From assembly GCA_965224085.1 (NCBI GenBank), contig CBDCYI010000004.1, positions 416,001 to 480,000 on the forward strand: DNA of 64,000 nt, written 5' to 3'. A model generated the notes under the pieces. The model saw only the letters and a program-made list of their open reading frames with translations. It ran no database searches and was not told the origin of the DNA. A program made the position numbers and the translations under genes. Within the stretch, counting starts at the first letter, position 1. Every line of letters begins with the position of its first letter. The DNA comes from Candidatus Marinacidobacterales bacterium. Its GTDB lineage: Bacteria; Acidobacteriota; Vicinamibacteria; Marinacidobacterales; SMYC01. This document shows positions 62,368-64,000 of this stretch, one piece after another.

Positions 62368-63488
62368 TCGTAAACGCTCCGAATGGCTTCCACCGCTTCG
62401 TCGAACAAGTCATAGGCCATATAGACTTTTTCTTTGTTCCCCAGATCTCCGTAGTCGTCGATGAGCCAAGCCGAGCGGACGAGCTGGCGAAGCGCCCACT
62501 GGAGCGACGCGCGGCGCGCGGCGGGCGCCTCCCCGAGATGTCGTTCGAGCGCGACCGCGAGATTTTTTGCGTCGAGCGCCGCCAAGTAGATCTGCGTGAA
62601 ATGACCCGCGGTCACGAGCTCGCGCACCCTCACGTTGCGCTCGGCGATAGCCGTGGCGATTCCGGCAGGGCTTTTGGGGATGACGAGCTCGCCGAGCGCG
62701 CTAGCCGTGGGCGCGATAATCTCAGCGTCCACCGAGATATCGGCAAAGATGAAGTCGAACCGATCGAAAACCTTTCTCTCGAACCGAACCTTTGCCGTGA
62801 CTTCGCGCGGCAAATCCGCGCTACCGATATGAGCTTCGAGATAAGTGCCGTCACAAGCAGCTAAAAGAGGATAGGCGAGCAACTCGCGCGTTTGCTTCGT
62901 GTCCGTATCGAAGACCTCTTTGAGCACGGCGCGGCCTTTGAACGCTTTCACGTTCAAGGGTTCCGAGAAATTGTTATACAGATAGACGCGAAAGACGCCC
63001 TCCTCGGGGTAAGTGCCTTCGAGATGGTGCCAATTATCCGGGGCCATGAAGAACATCCCGCCATGTTTCGGATTGTGGTCCTGATGCGGCCTCGTCGAAG
63101 TAGAAGGTTCGAGCGACATGTTACAAATGGGACAGCTCCCCGGCGCGACCTCGCTCACCTCCGGATGCATCGGGCAGGCGAACGTGACTTCCTCGGTGAT
63201 CAGGTAGAGCTCCCGGGCGCAAATCGGGCATTTCCCGGGCGCGCGCTCTGCGATCACCGAGTGTATGGGACAGCTCCAAGCTTGCTGAACGAGCGTCTGG
63301 ATTAGCTCACGCTCGCAAAACTCGCAATTCCCTGCCTCGCTCTCGGTGACGTCGCGGTGCACTGCGCACGTCCAGACGAGCTCGGGTTCAATCTCAATGG
63401 GCTCATTGGGCTCGTTTTCCTGCGCGGCAATGGGTGAGCTGAAACCCAGGGCTCCAATCAAAAGCCCGGCCAAAACACGCGCAATCAT
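62364..63488 (-). CDS. Exported heavy-metal-binding-domain protein
   Basis: Three CxxH...CxxC repeats (CAVH, CPIH, CPMH), then HQDHNPKHGG...HHLEG. Confidence 0.8.
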   Translation of the reverse strand: MIARVLAGLLIGALGFSSPIAAQENEPNEPIEIEPELVWTCAVHRDVTESEAGNCEFCERELIQTLVQQAWSCPIHSVIAERAPGKCPICARELYLITEEVTFACPMHPEVSEVAPGSCPICNMSLEPSTSTRPHQDHNPKHGGMFFMAPDNWHHLEGTYPEEGVFRVYLYNNFSEPLNVKAFKGRAVLKEVFDTDTKQTRELLAYPLLAACDGTYLEAHIGSADLPREVTAKVRFERKVFDRFDFIFADISVDAEIIAPTASALGELVIPKSPAGIATAIAERNVRVRELVTAGHFTQIYLAALDAKNLAVALERHLGEAPAARRASLQWALRQLVRSAWLIDDYGDLGNKEKVYMAYDLFDEAVEAIRSVYE

Positions 63489-63533
63489 GTGACTCCAGAG
63501 CGGATCCTACCACGCGATGTTAGACTCCGCTCC

Positions 63534-63902
63534 ATGGAGCCTTACATTGCGAGAGCGGTCGAAGCCAACGAGCGCGTCACCGAAGAGCGCTGCCACATTC
63601 TCGAAACGGGGAACGACCCCCGGGACCCCGAGGTCGGCATCGCCCGGGCGCGGGTCGAGCCGGGTGTCACGACGGCGCTCCATCTGCTCTTGGTCGACGA
63701 GCGCTACGTCATTACGGAAGGCCGCGGCCGCATGGAAGTCGAAGGCCTCAAGCCGGCCGAAGTCGGGCCGGGAGATATCGTGGTCATTCCGAGGGGCTGC
63801 TCGCAACGCATCACCAACATTTCTGACCGCGATCTCGTTTTTTACTGCGTGTGCACGCCGCGCTTCGAGCTCGAGCACTACCGGGCACTAGCAGAGTGCT
63901 GA
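63534..63902 (+). CDS. Cupin domain protein
   Basis: ARARVEPGVTTALH, ERYVITEGRG, GDIVVIP, CTPRF. Confidence 0.85.
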   Translation: MEPYIARAVEANERVTEERCHILETGNDPRDPEVGIARARVEPGVTTALHLLLVDERYVITEGRGRMEVEGLKPAEVGPGDIVVIPRGCSQRITNISDRDLVFYCVCTPRFELEHYRALAEC

Positions 63903-64000
63903 AAAAGTCATCTGCACCCTGGCGAGCGGAGCGAGCCCGGCCCGCCCCTTATTAACCCTAATCGCAAAATCTTCGAAGCACGAAAACGCGAAACAGCCGC

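Noticed and set aside
1-64000. CRISPR array, cas, tRNA or rRNA genes
   Set aside because: No regularly spaced repeats or recognisable RNA genes seen by eye

Overview
GC-rich bacterial chromosomal segment, probably Acidobacteriota (inferred from an ADOP-type permease remnant, kinase-PD40 genes, DUF5916 and paired S9 peptidases). Intact blocks: a form I aerobic CO dehydrogenase operon (coxMSL with AYRCSFR, XdhC-YHS, coxG, Moco protein); a proline-racemase/aldehyde dehydrogenase/RidA cluster; a MaoC-CaiB-acyl-CoA dehydrogenase cluster; pfkA; a tripartite tricarboxylate transporter; and a CASTOR/POLLUX-like channel beside a Na+/Ca2+ exchanger. The window has many mobile elements and decayed genes. 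Two near-identical IS200 (tnpA-only) copies flank the racemase gene. A ~183-bp non-coding, five-hairpin IS200 derivative sits exactly between a ribosome-binding site and its ATG. A degraded integron carries an intI C-terminal remnant pointing toward attC-delimited BrnTA/BrnTA/MOSC cassettes. An ISAzo13 splits a BamA-like gene, and there are a RAYT transposase and several MITEs. Many genes are collapsed to N-terminus/C-terminus stubs. Family calls come from motif recognition only, with no database search, and some single-base frameshifts may be sequencing errors.
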